A stretch of 64,000 nucleotides of DNA. It comes from Cetorhinus maximus. Taxonomy: Eukaryota. Of the stretch, positions 61,749 through 64,000 are shown piece after piece (position 1 is the first letter of the stretch; each line of letters starts with the position of its first letter). Position numbers and translations under genes: made by a program. Where the stretch lies: positions 228,532,001 through 228,596,000 of the forward strand of contig NC_135879.1 of the NCBI RefSeq assembly GCF_964194155.1, given 5' to 3'. Below the pieces are notes generated by a model, which was not told the origin of the DNA, searched no databases, and saw only the letters and a list, made by a program, of their open reading frames with translations.

Positions 61749-64000
61749 TTGTGTTTGAGAAGTGCACATAAACCTGCCTGCTGAGTTATGCTCCTAGTTT
61801 TGGATTCTAAAGGACAATTAAGGATGGGCAATACATGCTGGCATTGCCAGCGATGCTCACATCCCAGGAATGAATAAAAGAAACTAGAAAACTATTTCCA
61901 TTTTCCTACAAGTAGCAATATAACTGCACTGATACATTTTTTAAAAATAGACGCATCCTCGAATTCAGTGTGTTCTAAGGTAGTTATATGCAACTACAAT
62001 TCTGATTTGATCCCAGAAAACCAGCAGATGGCATTAGTATCACAGCTGTGTGGCCTATTGATGGCCCTGAGACAATTAGGGACAAACAAGGGGACCATTT
62101 TCTTTTAGGAACAGTATGTGGCTACAAGTTGCTGATGGTTTCTCTTAGATGAGAAATGTGCCTTTCAACTAATTAGATAATATAACATGGCTACTCTGTA
62201 CTTTCCAATGAACCAATTTTGGTGGGACATAGAAGGTTCGATATGTAGATTAGGTTTGAGGAATAGCAAACACAAACAGAATGCTAACTGTGATTGTCAT
62301 AGAGTGAACTGATGGGTTTGAGTGAATCCTGAATCACTGTTTGAGTAAGAGGTTGATCTCAGCTGTTCTTCTAATGGGAGCATTTAACATAGCCCGGATG
62401 GAGCAAGCAAAGGAACTTGATCTACGAAAGGTTCTATTCAAGTTTATCACCATAGTACTGGATCTTATAACATATTGAGTGTCCAAGATTAGGAAATTTG
62501 TACCAAATTTATTATGTTAATTTACTCTAAGATCTGGGGTGTTTTTTTTACTTGTCTGGCCCAATTCATTCTGAGTACAATGCTGCGTGCTTGGCATTCT
62601 ACACCAACACTAAGACCCTGGTTTTTATATTTATGCTGCGTTTTGTGTGAAGAAAGATAATTAGGAATAATTTTGCAGTTTGATATTTTGAAATTTACAT
62701 TCACTGTTTGATTTGCTGTATTCTATAATTTTGAATGGGATGTTTTGCATCCTTAACAGTAATTTGACATTCACTAGGCTTTTGAATAAAGTGCTTCCAT
62801 GGTGAAGAGGCACCTATTATCGCTTCAAAGGCCTTGGCTGATATTTGTCAATACGGCTCATAAGACAACAGTAACTGGCACACCAGTTTTGCCAAAACAC
62901 ATACGCAAATAACTGGAGCAAGAAATACAGTGAAAGGAGCAGGAGAACTGCATGAACACTGGGCCGGATTTTGGCTTCCACGGCAGGTAGCTCGAGGCGG
63001 GACATTTTCCGACTCAACGGACCAGACTTGGTAAAAAGTGTCCCAAGTCGTGAGGTTTTTGCTCCGAGGGTGGGAATAGGATGAAGTCAACCCCAGAAAC
63101 AGAAGCTAGAAGGATATGGGTGCGGGAGAGTTCTCAAAGGCCCGCGGAGCATTCCCGACTCCTCAGAAATCTGCCCATTCTCTGCTTTAGCTTAATCTGA
63201 TCTGGTGAGCCTCATGAAAAGAAAACCAAGCAAGTGAGAAGAAAGGAAGAATTTTTTTTAAAAATCTTAACGACTTAAGGTGGTTATTGAGGGGGTGCAT
63301 GATCCTTGTAGTCCGTGTATAAGTGATTTAAATATGAAAGGACTTGACATGGTAGATTGAAAATAGCTTTTAATCTAGAACATTTTTAAAATTTACACTG
63401 TCAGTTAAAAGCAATCCTAGAAAAATATTCTTGACAGAAGGTTATGAGAATATGGACCAAACTAAGGCGACTTTAGATTGCAAAGTCAAAGAGTGACAAT
63501 GTCCTTACTTCCCAAGTAAATGTATAAGATATATGGAGAGAAACAGGGAGTTTGGATTAAAATTGACCTGCTAGAATTGATAGCTAACAAACATGGTGGA
63601 TCTGGCTCAGTGGGCCAAATGGCCTATCACTGTTCCCATGGTTTAATATCAATAATGAGCTCAAAAATCTTATGTCCTATTTACTTCAACAATTAAATCA
63701 GTGTTTCTCATGTTGCACCAAGTTATAATGAAACAAATCATAGTTTTAAAAACGTTTTGACCATCTCCATCCCGTAGCTCTTTCCGTTCCAGTATATATC
63801 ACTTAACTTTAATTTTATTAAATATGCACTGTTTAAATCTGTGCAAATAAGTTCCTAATTTTGTGAAAAATCTTTTACCTTTGTTATGTATTTGGTAGAA
63901 TTATGTACCAGGAATATTAAAGTAAAGAGTGTGGACTATAAACTACTGTTGGTAAATTTCTTTTTCATCACAACCAAAGCATTTATAAGGTGTAACCTCC

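Noticed and set aside
62020-62036. Isolated CTCF-like motif ACCAGCAGATGGCATTA
   Set aside because: A single motif match in 64 kb is expected by chance and has no supporting context.

Overview
This is a vertebrate, most likely shark (cartilaginous fish), genomic window; the assignment is inferred from the CR1 LINE and SINE repeat content. It is almost entirely intronic. The only convincing host exon is an 81-nt, phase-0 alpha-catenin exon at 48335-48415 (TGRKEKGDPLNAAIEKMTKKTRDLRRQ, CTNNA2-type). The rest is transposon-derived: many CR1-group LINE fragments, two ~4.2-kb decayed two-gene PIF/Harbinger transposons, a third partial Harbinger, MITE-like relatives and tandem repeats. The most unusual feature is a decayed LTR retroelement at ~14.6-18.1 kb. 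It has an LTR and a tRNA-Leu-type primer binding site, and its Gypsy Gag N-terminal domain runs into two apparently captured host coiled-coil segments: first UACA, then an intron-less N-terminal part of the nuclear-basket protein TPR. This suggests an ancestral Gag-UACA-TPR chimeric ORF. Protein identifications rest on my recall of vertebrate sequences and need database confirmation.
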